Positions 24,340 through 36,495 of a stretch of DNA of 64,000 nucleotides are shown here, in pieces (positions within the stretch are counted from its first letter, which is position 1; each line of letters begins with the position of its first letter). This DNA comes from Camelus ferus (taxonomy: Eukaryota), in contig NC_045696.1 in the NCBI RefSeq assembly GCF_009834535.1, positions 69,628,001-69,692,000 of the forward strand, given 5' to 3'. The position numbers and the translations under genes were made by a program. Below the pieces are notes generated by a model. It made no database searches, had not been told where the DNA came from, and saw only the letters and a program-made list of their open reading frames with translations.

Positions 24340-24490
24340 CTCCTGCCCACTTACAGCTGTGAGGCAATGGCGGATTACCTACCTTTCTGAGCCTTGGTTT
24401 TCTCGTCTCTAAAAGCGAGTGGAGACAGTGGAAGTAGGCTTCTCACTGAGTTGGGAAGACTGAATAAAGTGATGTATGTAAGCAAACTGG
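24340..24490 (+). mobile_element. MIR SINE fragment
   Basis: acctttctgagccttggttttctcgtctctaaaa MIR core. Confidence 0.6.
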
Positions 24491-24919
24491 CTAAAGCAAA
24501 TAAGGAGCCTGTCTGGCTGCCTCTTTCTTGATCTGTCTACCTCATCCTTTTCCAGTGGTATTAGTTCTTATCCATTGTTCTTTGTCCTAGAGCATTTTTT
24601 TTTCTCAACCAGGTATGATGTATTTTTGTTGTTTTAGTTGAATAAAAGGTTTATGTCCTCCATTTGTGATATACCAAGTGGGTGAGTGCAGAGTCTCCCA
24701 TTCCTGTCAGTGTGGCAGATTACTGAAATGACAGAGAGGGGGTTCTTGCCTCCTTTCCCCTCCGGTAGCAGCAGCTCCAAGACCTTGTGCAGTTCCTTTA
24801 ACTCCTTTGGGCCTCACGGTCCTTATCTATAAATGCAAGGGCCTGAATTAAGTGGACTGTGAGGTCCAACTCTAATTGCATCTAGGGAAGATGCTGAAAG
24901 TCAGATCCCTCACTAAACT

Positions 24920-25048
24920 ATGCATGCCTTGAGGAAAGGACCATGTCTGTTTTGTTCACCATCATATTCCCAGCACTTCCAGCATGACTGACCCATAAAA
25001 GATGCTCAGTGAATGAATGAATGGATGGATAGATGAATGGTTGAATGC
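24920..25048 (+). mobile_element. L2 3' end
   Basis: ttgaggaaaggaccatgtctgttttgttcacc...gatgctcagtgaatgaatgaatgg (L2 tail). Confidence 0.75.
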
Positions 25049-25754
25049 AGGAAAGAAATCTCTCCAACATGGAGGGTGGTCCATATTCACCAGGAACTGT
25101 TGTCAGGGCCCATCCTCTATTACTGAGCTTAAACATTTTCTATAATTAGGAAATTTGACTTTACCAACTCAAATAGTTCTCTTCAAACTTCCTCAGGAGT
25201 TCATGCTCCTTTTTAAATTGCAATTTGTTGCCAGGCTTTTTAGTCGTAGGTCTCTGTCATTGTTTAGTAAGTCGCCTGTGTGAAGGTAAATACTCTATTT
25301 TTGAAAGCACAGTGTATAATTAGACAACATCATAGCACCATCTGTAAGGTGCTGGGCCATTTTCTTTACTTCTCAAGGCAGCATCACATATCTCATTTTA
25401 CAGAGAGGGAACAGACTGAAAGCAGGAACCATTCCTTAGGCTCCTAAGTTCCTGCTGAAGATACATCACTATCCCTAACTCACGCGTACCCCAGACAGGC
25501 TCCTTCATACATCTTCTGGCCCAACAGTCCCTTTGGAGAGCTGAGCCTTCTTCCTTAGCCCTCACAGGGCCCCAGATGGCTTTCCTGTCATTTGTCAACC
25601 TCCCAATTCTCATTCCTGCCATGTTCCACCCTCCTCTCTCTCCTTCCTGCCCTGGGGGAAAAACTATATAACTAACATTGTACCTCTCCTTGAAGGGTAG
25701 ATGTAGTCCCTGCCTTCAAGGTAAGAATTAATTGCAAACAATCTGATCACTTAT

Positions 25755-26036
25755 TGTCTTAATCTATTCAGGCTGCTGCAATACCACAGACTGGATAGCT
25801 ATTAAATTTATTTCTCACTCTTGTAGACACTAGAAGTTCAAGATTAGCATGCCAGCCTAGTCAGGTGAGGGCTCTCCTCCAGGCCACAGACTTCTTATTG
25901 GGCCCTCAGGTAGCTCTTCCCTCATGATTTAATCACCCCCAAAGGCCCCTCCTGATACCATCACATTGGGCACTAGGATTTCAGCATATGAATTTGGGGG
26001 TGGGGGTGGAGGGACACACACATTCAGATCATAGCA
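25755..26036 (-). mobile_element. MLT1 (ERVL-MaLR) solo LTR
   Basis: TG...CA ends; tgtcttaatctattcaggctgct...accatcacattgggcactaggatttcagcatatgaattt...tcagatcatagca; near-5-bp TSD cttat/catat. Confidence 0.8.
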
Positions 26037-28213
26037 CATATCAGATGTTTCTTGAACTCCTCCTTTGGGTAGAGAACATAAGATTCCAAGTATAGGACAG
26101 TTTGGTATGGTAGAAGATACCATATAATTTAGAGCCAAAATGGTGTGGTACACACTAAGAATACTGTGTAGGTTCGAAGAAAATCATGACATCAGAGTTA
26201 GCCAAAAGTTTAGATTCTCTTTCCAAATGGGTATATGCCATCCTGAAGCCATTATAAAAGTTTTCTTTCTGGGAATCTTTGGTTTACCCTCCGGTATTAG
26301 TCTTGTCAGAAGAACTGGTAACTTTTATAAAATACTGTGAAAATGTCAAAACATTTCTAAAACTGGAAATGAGACCAGCTGAATAATGCCATAACTGTTT
26401 ACTCTCTAAACTTAGGTAAAACAACTATAAATGAGTTTCCTTAGATAAAGTAAGAAAAGTGGACTTTTCCAGGACATGTAACTTCAGTTTGCATTGGGGT
26501 ATCACCACGTTTCCTCATTATTTTGCCAAAACCTTAATGGCAGGAGACTGGTAAGAGGAAAGGCAGTGACAGAGGGGCAGTGCCGAGAACACACGGAGTA
26601 TGGAGGAATGGTTTTCTGTGTCACGTTGTGTGATTCTCCCTGCTCGTTTACTGACAACATTATAACAACAACAAGTGTAGCAATTTTCTGTGTCTGAATG
26701 TCTGGAAACACTTTATAGCAATTGAGGGTTGGCTGCCATGATGTCACCATCAAAAAATCATGAGAGAGACTCTAATGATTTCTAAATATAATCTGCCCGT
26801 TCTGAACTTACTCTGTGTGTTTGGGAAAAGCAGTTGGCATTGTATTGGAAAGGAATTATGGCAGGACTTTGCTTTATAAACTTGTCATCTGTGATCAAGT
26901 CTTCCATCTCATTTGTTCACTTCTGAGTCCAGAGTCTGGGGTTGGAGGAGACACCTGAGGAACCAGTTGGTGGGGAAGATTGTTCCATCTTATTAGACAG
27001 AAAAGAGATTATATTAGGTAGAATCAGCAAAATGATAATCACTTAAGAAAATCAAGCTCCTGAAAGTGGCTTAGGAGTAAACACTGAGTGGAACAGAAAA
27101 TTTAGTGGGTCACCAGAGCACTAGCCACAGTTAGTGACAACTCTGATCCAGTGGAGAGTGGCCGGCAGGAAAGCTTAACTCATTCCCTCCCTCCCCTCCC
27201 AGGTAGCTGGACGGAGTGGCGGTTCTAACCCATCGCTAGAAGACAGCCCTCGTAGTACAGCCTATTTAGAGTTTGTCCTTCTGCTTGGGATAAAGCACCG
27301 TTTCTAAAATGAGTTAGCTCCTAGATAAGACAGGAGAGGCAAACCTGGTTTGGTTCTGTTTGGTTTTGCCATTGCATGTAAGTCACCTTGACTTGAAAAG
27401 CTCTTACTACCTTGCCTTTCAGAATCACACATGGAATATGCAGCTGACTTCCAAATGTAAAACAACAGCTCTGTGCACTAGTTCATTGATTTAGGAAAAG
27501 TAATTGGCACCATCTGGAAAAGGGTTGGTTGGGAAAGCCTGCCTTTCCTGCTTGGGCACTAGGAAAGGCAGAGCAGACAAGAGCACGGAGGTTTCCAGGC
27601 CTCCTCCTGTGCGGTTTAGCCTCTCCCAGGTTGTGGTTCCGTCCATTGTTGTTTTCCTCTGCTTTTAAGATTTTTGAAATGCCCCAAAGTCGAGTATTTC
27701 TTATTCAGAGCTAATACTTAGAGTTGCTGGGTCATGTATTTAATTTGTAAGTCTGCCTCTGAATAAGGAATGTATTTGCCAGAGCAATTTTAAGCCTTTG
27801 ATAAGCTAATATGTAATGCCCACCAGTATATTTTGGGCTGTTTTGTACTTTTCAAAAGCAAAATTCTTCTCATCTACAACCTTTGGTATTCTGTCACACC
27901 TGCATTTTTCTTGAAGAAGCATCACCCATAGGATTTTTAAGGGCTTCAGAGCCTCTGGGAAGCAGACCCAATACCAAAGGAACTTAGACAAAAAGACTTG
28001 GCTAGTTGAAAGTGTCAGATGATGATTTCTGACTTTAAAAATCTCTTCATTGGTTTTAGATGGAAGGCTGTGTGTTAGGCTTTCTCTGGCACGTGACTTG
28101 ACACGGGTTCCAAGAACAATCAGCTAGTATAGGGTTTGCAGAAGGAAGCATTGTGCTCCCTGTTAATCAGCTGTCCTCTCTCTGTTCCTCCCTCATTCCT
28201 CTTCTGATTTCAG

Positions 28214-28343
28214 TGGTGCTTCATGCCCCACCTCCAACCAAGATCAAACGGGAGCTGCACAGCCCCTCCTCTGAGCTGTCGTCCTGCAGCCATGAGCAGG
28301 CTCTCGGTGCTAATTATGGAGAAAAGTGCCTCTACAACTATTG
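28214..28343 (+). CDS. ETV5: ETV5 exon 6 ([16 protein letters not shown]...EKCLYNY)
   Basis: tttcag| acceptor, TG|gtaagt donor; 130 nt; SUMO consensus IKRE. Confidence 0.97.
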
Positions 28344-29253
28344 GTAAGTGGAGCCAGGGAAAGGCTGGCCAGAAAGCGGCCGTCACACTGCTTGTTTCAA
28401 GTATTATTCAGCAGACACTTAGGGGAGCGCACCCTGTCTCTCGGGACAGTGTCGTGATCCTCTAGGCGTGAGCCAGGCCAAATGGGGCTCTTGTGCTGCA
28501 CATAAAATGCAAAACTGTTAAATCAGCCCCACAGGGGAACTGAGTTCATGGGGTACTGAGCCCTCCTAAGGGGAAGAACCTCAAATGCTGGGATATTTGA
28601 TCTGTGGCTTCGAGGGAGGGAATATATACTTCTTCATGTCTATCATATGTTAATGTGAACTTTAAGCACCAAAGAAGTAATCTTCAAATCGGAATATATG
28701 AAAAAGTCCCCATGCTTGTGCCCTTTACTTAAGAATATCCAGGCCCCAGGAAGAAGCTTTAATTTTAAATCATTCTTTGCTCTAGAAGACAAACATAGAT
28801 CTGCCTGAAAGGGGGAGGAGCAGAGTTGTTAATTCAAGTGGAGTTATAGCAGAAATTTATCTTTAGCAGAGATTCTTATTCCTGGGAACCCTGGAATACT
28901 TGGAAGAGGGGGGCTAGAAAACTCCTCCCAAGGCATAAATTCTCCCCTCGTCCACCTCCTCACATGCATACGTGGAGAATTCTTTTAGAAAAGGGGAAAA
29001 AAGAAACCGGAAGCAGAGGCTAAAATTATCTTTGAGAAGAATCACTCGAAGTGTTAAACAAGTCCCTGTGACGCAGTGTGTTTGTCACTTTTCAGAGGTA
29101 CAAATATTCCCTCGGGGCTGCCAGCGATTTAACTATGTTAATGCTGTCATTTCCTGGCAACTGTGGGCTGCAACCTAGCGTTCTGCTGGACCGGGTGACC
29201 ATGCTAATGGCTTCATTGCAGCTTAATGGTTCCTTCTCTTTTTCTGTTTACAG

Positions 29254-29538
29254 TGCCTATGATAGGAAGCCTCCCTCGGGGTTCAAGCCATTAACCCCTC
29301 CTACCACCCCACTGTCACCCTCCCAGAGTTCCCTATTTCCTCCACCGCAGGCATCACTGCCCACCTCGGCACATGCCCCTGCAGCTGGCCCAGTACAAGG
29401 TGTGGGCCCTGCCCCCGCCCCTCATTCACTTCCAGAGCCTGGACCACAGCAGCAAACCTTTGCGGTTCCCCGGCCGCCACATCAGCCCCTGCAGATGCCA
29501 AAGATGATGCCTGAAAACCAGTATCCATCAGAACAGAG
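29254..29538 (+). CDS. ETV5: ETV5 exon 7 ([16 protein letters not shown]...ENQYPSEQ), Pro/Gln-rich
   Basis: tttacag| acceptor, AG|gtgggt donor; 285 nt. Confidence 0.97.
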
Positions 29539-32500
29539 GTGGGTGCCGATCTGGGCTTCTTCTACCACCTCCATCCCGCCCCCTTTACCTCACAGGGAGA
29601 AGGGGAAGCAGTTAGTCATACTTCCCAGGTATCTTTAAAGTTCCCATTCCATGGAGGCATCTTGTGAGGTAAGACTACTAATACGAATATGACCTGTTTC
29701 TCTGTCACCCGGTTCCTGAGGTACTGCAAATGGTTTATAGACATTACAGCATCTTTGCGAAGTACATAGGGAGAAGTAGTTAGCACTGTCCTCGCATTGT
29801 AGAGGTAAAGGAGGAGGGACTTGCTCGGGACACACAACCTGTTGACCCTCACTGAGGGCAGGTTTCCTGGCTCCTCACTGGATACTGCCTGCTAGAACCA
29901 CACCTTGCTTTATGGTACTCATAAATACTTTATTGCCATCTTATGTATTAGGGAAGATGGCCGAGTTATGAGGTATTACTATGCCCTTGAGTTTAACATA
30001 TTGTCACAACAGGGCATCAGTTAAGGACCTCATTTATAATTTTCTACTTTTCATAGAGAGATCTGTTTCACTCCAGGTAGTTCTACATTCTTAAGGAAAT
30101 TGAGGCATCAGGAGAAACTTGTTCAGAGTCATTCAATCTCAGAAAGACTAAAGGGTAAAGGGAACTTATTCTGCAAACACCAAACTTAACCTTCTAGGTC
30201 CCAGCCTTCAAAATCCATTATCTGCAGTATTCTAAAGTTTTGGATGCTTGTGGCCTCCCTTTATAGAGGATGTTTTGAGGGCCTGTCTTTTTTATTTCAA
30301 GTCTCTCTGGGAGGAGGAGATAACGTAGGCGGTAGTTGTCTGTGGTTACCAAGGGCCGCAGGATGGTGACCGTTGTTTGTCCTGTCTTGCTTGCTCTGCA
30401 TTGGTGGGTGTGGGGGAGGAGTACAGGAGAGGAAGGACGTATGAGTGTATCTTCCCCTGGCTGGTCCAACCCAGACGCCTGCTAGTATTTAATTGGAGGT
30501 CATTTTCTTTATTTCTAGATGAAATGCAGGGGAAAAAAAAGTAAGCACTCTTGTCTGATTCCAATTCCCTTCCCCTTTTGTTGTAAAAGTCACCATAAAG
30601 AACTACACAATTTGGCTGGTTAGTGTCTATTCTCCTGATGAGGCCAGGGGCCACAAACGCCAACGGTACGCACGGCCTGAGGACAGAGTGTTGGCTGGGG
30701 GGCTGGCTCAGTGGTGGGCCTCCGTTTCGACAGGGAGCTCAGCGGAAGGAGATAACAAGCAAAAGCTTTGTGGTGGCTAATACCTTGTATTAACAGTCTT
30801 GTACTTTTTCAAGAGAATTTGGGAATTTGGATTTTTCTGTAGAAATTCCAGGTTTGGTTTTGTTTTTCTTAGTCAGCCACTAATTCAAATTGAAAACAGC
30901 AGTAACACTTTGCAGACTAAACAAAACCTCTCTGTGGGCAAAGTCATCCTGCAGGCCTGCCAGTTTGTGAACTCGGGCCAGGATACCATTTTTATTTTGA
31001 TAATTTTTTTGGTTTTGTGTTTTTAAACGACCTTTCTGATTTTCTGAAGGGATTATTAATGGAGGAGCAGGGTTGGGGTGGGGTATACATGCAATATTTG
31101 AAATAATTAGCAAACTTTGTATTTGTTATATCACACGTAGAGGAAGATTAACTTTATGTTAAATCTCTTTTATTCATATTTCCCCCCAGTATGTTTCCTA
31201 TCCAGGGGGCTTGGGTAAACAAATGTCAATGGTCAACTGAACTGGGGGAGAAATACCCTAATTTTGCTGGTGGTTATTTGTCCTCTTGAAGCCCTGGCAG
31301 ACAGCCTGTCTCAGTGATGAAGTAGGTGTGTCTCCAGGCAACCCAGCCTCCTCCCAAAAGGAGGACATTTGATCCCTAAGATTTAGGGTGTCTGTCCTCA
31401 GGTGTCCAAAGGCAGGAACCAGAAAGTAGGTATTTTTGGGGGGGATGATTCCTCCCTGAACTCAGCTTTTCCATCTCACACTTACTTCCCCTGGTTACCC
31501 TCTGCCTTTAGGAATGATGGGTCTGAAATGACAAGACCTCACACACATGAGGTAGGTGATACAGAGATCCTTGAGAGACTGGAGTGAAGGGCAGAGTGTT
31601 CTGCAGACACCTGAATGGATGAAAGAAAAACAAGACTGGGAGCTCAGGCTTCTGCAGGAGGGACTGTAGTCTCACAGCTGTGAGTGCACACAAGTCTCTG
31701 TAGAGGGTTAAATGCAGATTTCTTGCTCCATCCCAGAAATCATGTTGTGGGTCTGGGACAGGAACTGGAAATATTATTGTCACACATTTAAGAAATCATA
31801 AATCATGACTCTGCTCTCTTCTACCCCCATACATATCCTAATTCCAACCCACCTGTTTTTTAAGCATCAAGCACCCAGTACTCTGAAATTTGTTCTTATT
31901 GCCCTTGTCCATTATTGAGATAATGTGGTATCTGTGATGCAAAATCAAAAACATGACAAGTGATTTTGCTTGTAGATACTGGATGGCACATAGAAAATGA
32001 GACGAACTAAAATCCCTGTTCTGATTTTCTAAAAGTAATAGGAATTGCAGTCATGTATGCTAACAAGCTTAATAATCACACTTAAAAACTTATGCCTGCT
32101 AGAAGTGGAAAGTGGGGTTGATTACTTTTGTTAGTAACTATAGTTTGTTCTTTGCTAACTTTTTATTTAAATTGGTGGGACTATTTCTTCAAGACTAAAC
32201 CCATAACAAAAATGTGGTATTTTGCAGGATAGAAGGAAATACTGTCTTATTTGAGCTTTTTAAACAGTTCTGTAATCAAGGCGGAATTTTAAAAAAAAAC
32301 CCTATTTTAAAGAAAAATCAGACCTCAGAGTGTCTAAAGGACTATCAAAAGGTCACATAGCCAAATACAGGGTCCTACATTTAGAAACCAAACATTAACA
32401 TATAAGTACACCATTCTGGTTATGCTTTGATGGGGGGGTTGGTTTGCTAACAACCATTAATGTCCACTAAGAGCTGAGTAAGGGACCTTGAGAAATCCAT

Positions 32501-33939
32501 TTTGACCTTGAATTTTATCCATCTCTATCTCCTAAACTGCCAGAACTTTATCCATCCCTTAAAACTACAAAATCCTACTTAATTCCTGCATCACTTATCT
32601 AAACCCATGTTGTAACACCTATCTTTTGTTTTGCTCAGAGTGTCTTACTTCTTCAGTTGAAGAAATAGAGCAAACTCTGAGGTTTAAAAAATCATGATTT
32701 AGATCCCCTTTAGACCACATTTAGCCCAATAGCTTGTCTTCAATATATGTTTAATAGTAGTAGTTTGCTAAGATTATACTTTAAACAACTAAGACATAAT
32801 CTAGTCAAAAGTACATTCTTAATGTTTGGTATAATCTTAGTATAATTCTTCACAACTCAATTTATTTTTAGAAGGTAAATATTGTGTTTGAAAGCTGTGA
32901 CATATTTGTGATTTCCCCCAAACTCCCAGGAGGGAAAAAAAACATGTGATTTGGCATGTTCAGACATGTTCCATTTATCCTTCAAGACCAGCTGCTCCGT
33001 GATGAGGAGGAGTGCTTTTCATGCCTTCCCAATCTCACGAGATTTTTCATTGTGCTGTTTATGCTGTTTACATGTGCTGGGTGAGGAGCTTAGAAAATCT
33101 TCCTATATTATGCCCATAGTACTGGCCAGATATGTTTTTGTCTTTACTATTCCATTTGTTATACCATCTCAAGTTGAGTCCCCACACTTCATCTGAAGGG
33201 GCTCCACTAAGAAATGCATCATCTAAGAATTTTGGAATACATTGCTCTCTCATTTGTGTGGCACCAAGAAGCAAAAACTTAAGAAAGGACAACATGTAAG
33301 ATACCCTTGATGGCAGAAAAATCCTCTACTTCTTGATGCTTCCTTAGAGCATCAGTGTCATGATAGGCTATCAGCCTGGAATTGTGGGTCAGAGCCAAGT
33401 CCCCAGAGTCAAGAAAGGCTTGGTTGTGTGCCACACCATCTAAAAGAGTCAGTGACCTATTTGAGAAGGTTCTCTTTCTCAGGGATTGTGATCAAAACTT
33501 CAGGGACGAGCTTATGTTTTCTGGAATTGTGATTTAATTGAAAACTACTTATTCCCTAAAGATGCCAGATAGATTGAGAGATTTAATATACTCAAGTTTT
33601 TCCTCTTGCTTCTACTTCCTCTCAAAGTTTATCCCTAATAAATTGCTGTTCATTTTTGTCTTTCACATTTTGTAGTTTTTAGAGAGGGAAGAACTTGACT
33701 GTGAGTCACATTTATAGCTTAGCCATCAATGAAGTCTGACGCATCCTGTCCCTTCTCCATGAACTCCTGTTAACAGCATGTTATATACAGCAGCACAAAT
33801 TCACTTTGGGATCCGAAACTGAGTTTCATAGATGCTTAATGGAACTTACTTTGACAGACTGAATAATGTACTTCTAATGGCTAGAGTATGGGCTTTTTTG
33901 GTTCTGAATCTTAAGAGGACTTGTTTTCTGTACTTCATG

Positions 33940-34960
33940 TTTACTATAGGTTTTTTGGTTACCTTTTTAATCAAGCTAGAGGAAATTTCCTTCTACCCCT
34001 TAGTGTACTAAGATGCTTTTATATTTATGCATGTTGAATCTTACCAGACACTTCTTCTGCCTCTATTGAGAGGATCAAACAAATACTCTTCCATTTTTCA
34101 GTGTGGTGAATTACATTGATTTCTATGAAACCAACCTCATATTCTTGTGATAATACATAACAACTTGGGTTTATCATTTATACATTACATTCTTGGGCTA
34201 GTTTTTCCAATATATATTTAGGACTTTGGCATCTGTATTTATGATTGAGAACATGTAATTTTTCCTTCTCACATTGTCCTTGTTGGGTTTTTAACATTGA
34301 GGTTATACTCAAATGTGTAGAGGGTATCCTTTCTATATATTCTGGAATAGCTCATGTGAAATTAGGTTTTTCATTCCTTGAATTTTTGGAAAAATTGACC
34401 AGTAAAACCATTTGGGCCTGATATTTTCTTTGTGGGAAGATTTTTAATTATTGGTTCAGCATCTTCATCTTTTATGGTCTTGCTCTGGATTTCTATTTAG
34501 TTGAGTAAATTTAATGAAATTGGGGGGGCAGTTTTTCTGTACTGTGAGTTTTAAAATTAAGAGGTTATATAACTCAGTGGTAGAGTGTGTGCTTAGAATG
34601 CACGAGGTCTTAGGTTCAATCCCCAGCCCCTCCAAAAATAAACCTTAAAAAAATTAATTGGCATAAAGCTGTTCATAATGTCCTTTTAAAATCCTCTATA
34701 GCATCTGTTTATCCCTTTTTCATTTGATGCTTTTTATCTAGACCATCTTAGTCTTAGCAGATACTTTGTTGAAAAGACGAGTGATTAACTGGCTTTGCTC
34801 ATTCTTTCTACTGGAGATTTTTTTTAATTTTATTGAAGTATTGTTGATGTATAGTATTGGATGTTTTCTATTTTCATTGATTTCTGATCCTACTGAAGTA
34901 TTTTATTCTATTTTCTTTCAGTTTATTCTGTTTTTCTAACTTATTTGGTTGGATGATTTG
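33940..34960 (-). mobile_element. Old L1 ORF2 fragment interrupted by a SINE
   Basis: ctattgagaggatca, gtggtgaattacattgattt, ccagtaaaaccatttgggcctg are typical antisense L1 ORF2 motifs. Confidence 0.75.
34561..34649 (+). mobile_element. tRNA-Ala-derived SINE inside an old L1
   Basis: actcagtggtagagtgtgtgcttagaatgcacgaggtcttaggttcaatcccc; probable TSD aaaattaa. Confidence 0.85.
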
Positions 34961-35379
34961 CCCATATTATAAAGGAAAAAAGCTAACAATTAAACATACA
35001 GCCAAAGAAAAATTTTCCTAAGGCTGGGGTGACCATACATCAAGTTTTTCCTGGGTTGTTTATGGTTTATGAAAGTAATTGCTAATAGCTTACCCTTTTA
35101 CCCCCCAAAATATCCTGGTTGAGACAATTATTTGAGCTCCCTAACCAACTCCTGCTTTAGCTGTATCCCAAAACTTTTCAGAAGACCACAAATCAAAATT
35201 CAGTTTAAAGTGTTTTTCATCAATCCTGGAGTTTTTTTTTTTTTTAATATCTTTTTAAAAAATGTATTTCTTAGCTTTGAACCATAGGAATTTTCTAGCT
35301 GCCTGGACTACGGGATTTTTATTTAAATGTCATTGAGAGGGTATTTAAAAGCAATTATAGAAACAATTATATAAACAGT

Positions 35380-35585
35380 GGCCAGTGGCTCTAGAGTTGG
35401 AGACTAACAGACCTGAATCCCAACTCTGCTATTTCCTATCTATGTGACCTCAGGCAGGCATTTAACTTCTCCAAGCTTTGGTTTCTTCATCTGAAAATGG
35501 GGGGATACTAGATACCACATAGAATCATTGGGTAAGTTCAATGAAGTCACACTGGCAGAGAATGTACTCAGTAAATGTTAGCTTT
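35380..35585 (+). mobile_element. MIR SINE
   Basis: tgtgacctcaggcaggcatttaacttctccaagctttggtttcttcatctgaaaatggg. Confidence 0.8.
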
Positions 35586-36284
35586 CATGACAATTTTACT
35601 TTTTAAAAAATCATTTTTATATTTCATAAAAAACTATTCTAAAGGAATCTTCCTAAAATGATGTAGATACCACAACTTAGAAACTAATGTTAACTTTTAA
35701 AAATATACATCTCCCTTTATCCCTAATCTTCATTATTAGACTTATTAATGTTGTACACAAAAAACTAATACCGTCACCATCTATTCTCCTAGGAACATCT
35801 TGTCTTTACATCACCTTCTTTCTTCCATATTTGATCTTGAGAAATCAAATATCTAGGCCTTTAAAGGACATTTTTTTCTTCGTCTGTTTTATCACAGGTT
35901 AGAAGGGCCAATTTGAGTTTAAGCAGCGCTGACAGGCCTCAGAGTCCTGAGAGCTCTTTCAGAGTTCTTTGGTGGGCTTTTAGGGACAGTGTTTGGGTTT
36001 TCTCTGGCAGCAGTGCCTGGCTCTTGGTATATGGCAGGAAGATAAATGTTAATGTGAAGTTGGATGGCATGTTGCCGCCTGGAATTAAAAAAAAAATCAG
36101 CACTTTCTTTCTGAGAAAGGAGACTAGATACTGACTAGGCAGCCAGAGGACTCTGTGTGATAGTCTTCCAATTCCTTAAAATCTTCCCTTACATTTGCAT
36201 TAACTTCTGAGTTTAGCTGTTGCATGCTGGGCGGGTAGCAGTTGGGTATTTGGTGGTGATGTCTGAAGGTAATATAGATCAAGA

Positions 36285-36495
36285 ACCTAGCAGTGTGCCC
36301 GGCCCTCTTTCGTGTATTATCTTATGTAATCTTTACAGTTGGGTTGTCTTTATTTTACTAGTGAGGAAACTGAGGCTCAGAGCAGTTATGTAACTCACCC
36401 AAGGTCACACAGCTAGCAGGTGATAAAGACTGGATTTCAGCCCAGGATGTTCTGACTTTTTTGCAGCCGGAGCCTCTTAACCCAGCTACACTGCT
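36285..36495 (-). mobile_element. MIR SINE
   Basis: gaggaaactgaggctcagagcagttatgtaactcacccaaggtcacacagctag. Confidence 0.85.

Noticed and set aside
25005..25048. Additional TGAATGAA/TGAATGGA octamers as a CIC element
   Set aside because: They are the (TGAA)n tail of an L2 element; scattered single octamers (e.g. 8557, 40146, 47911, 50099) are at about chance frequency
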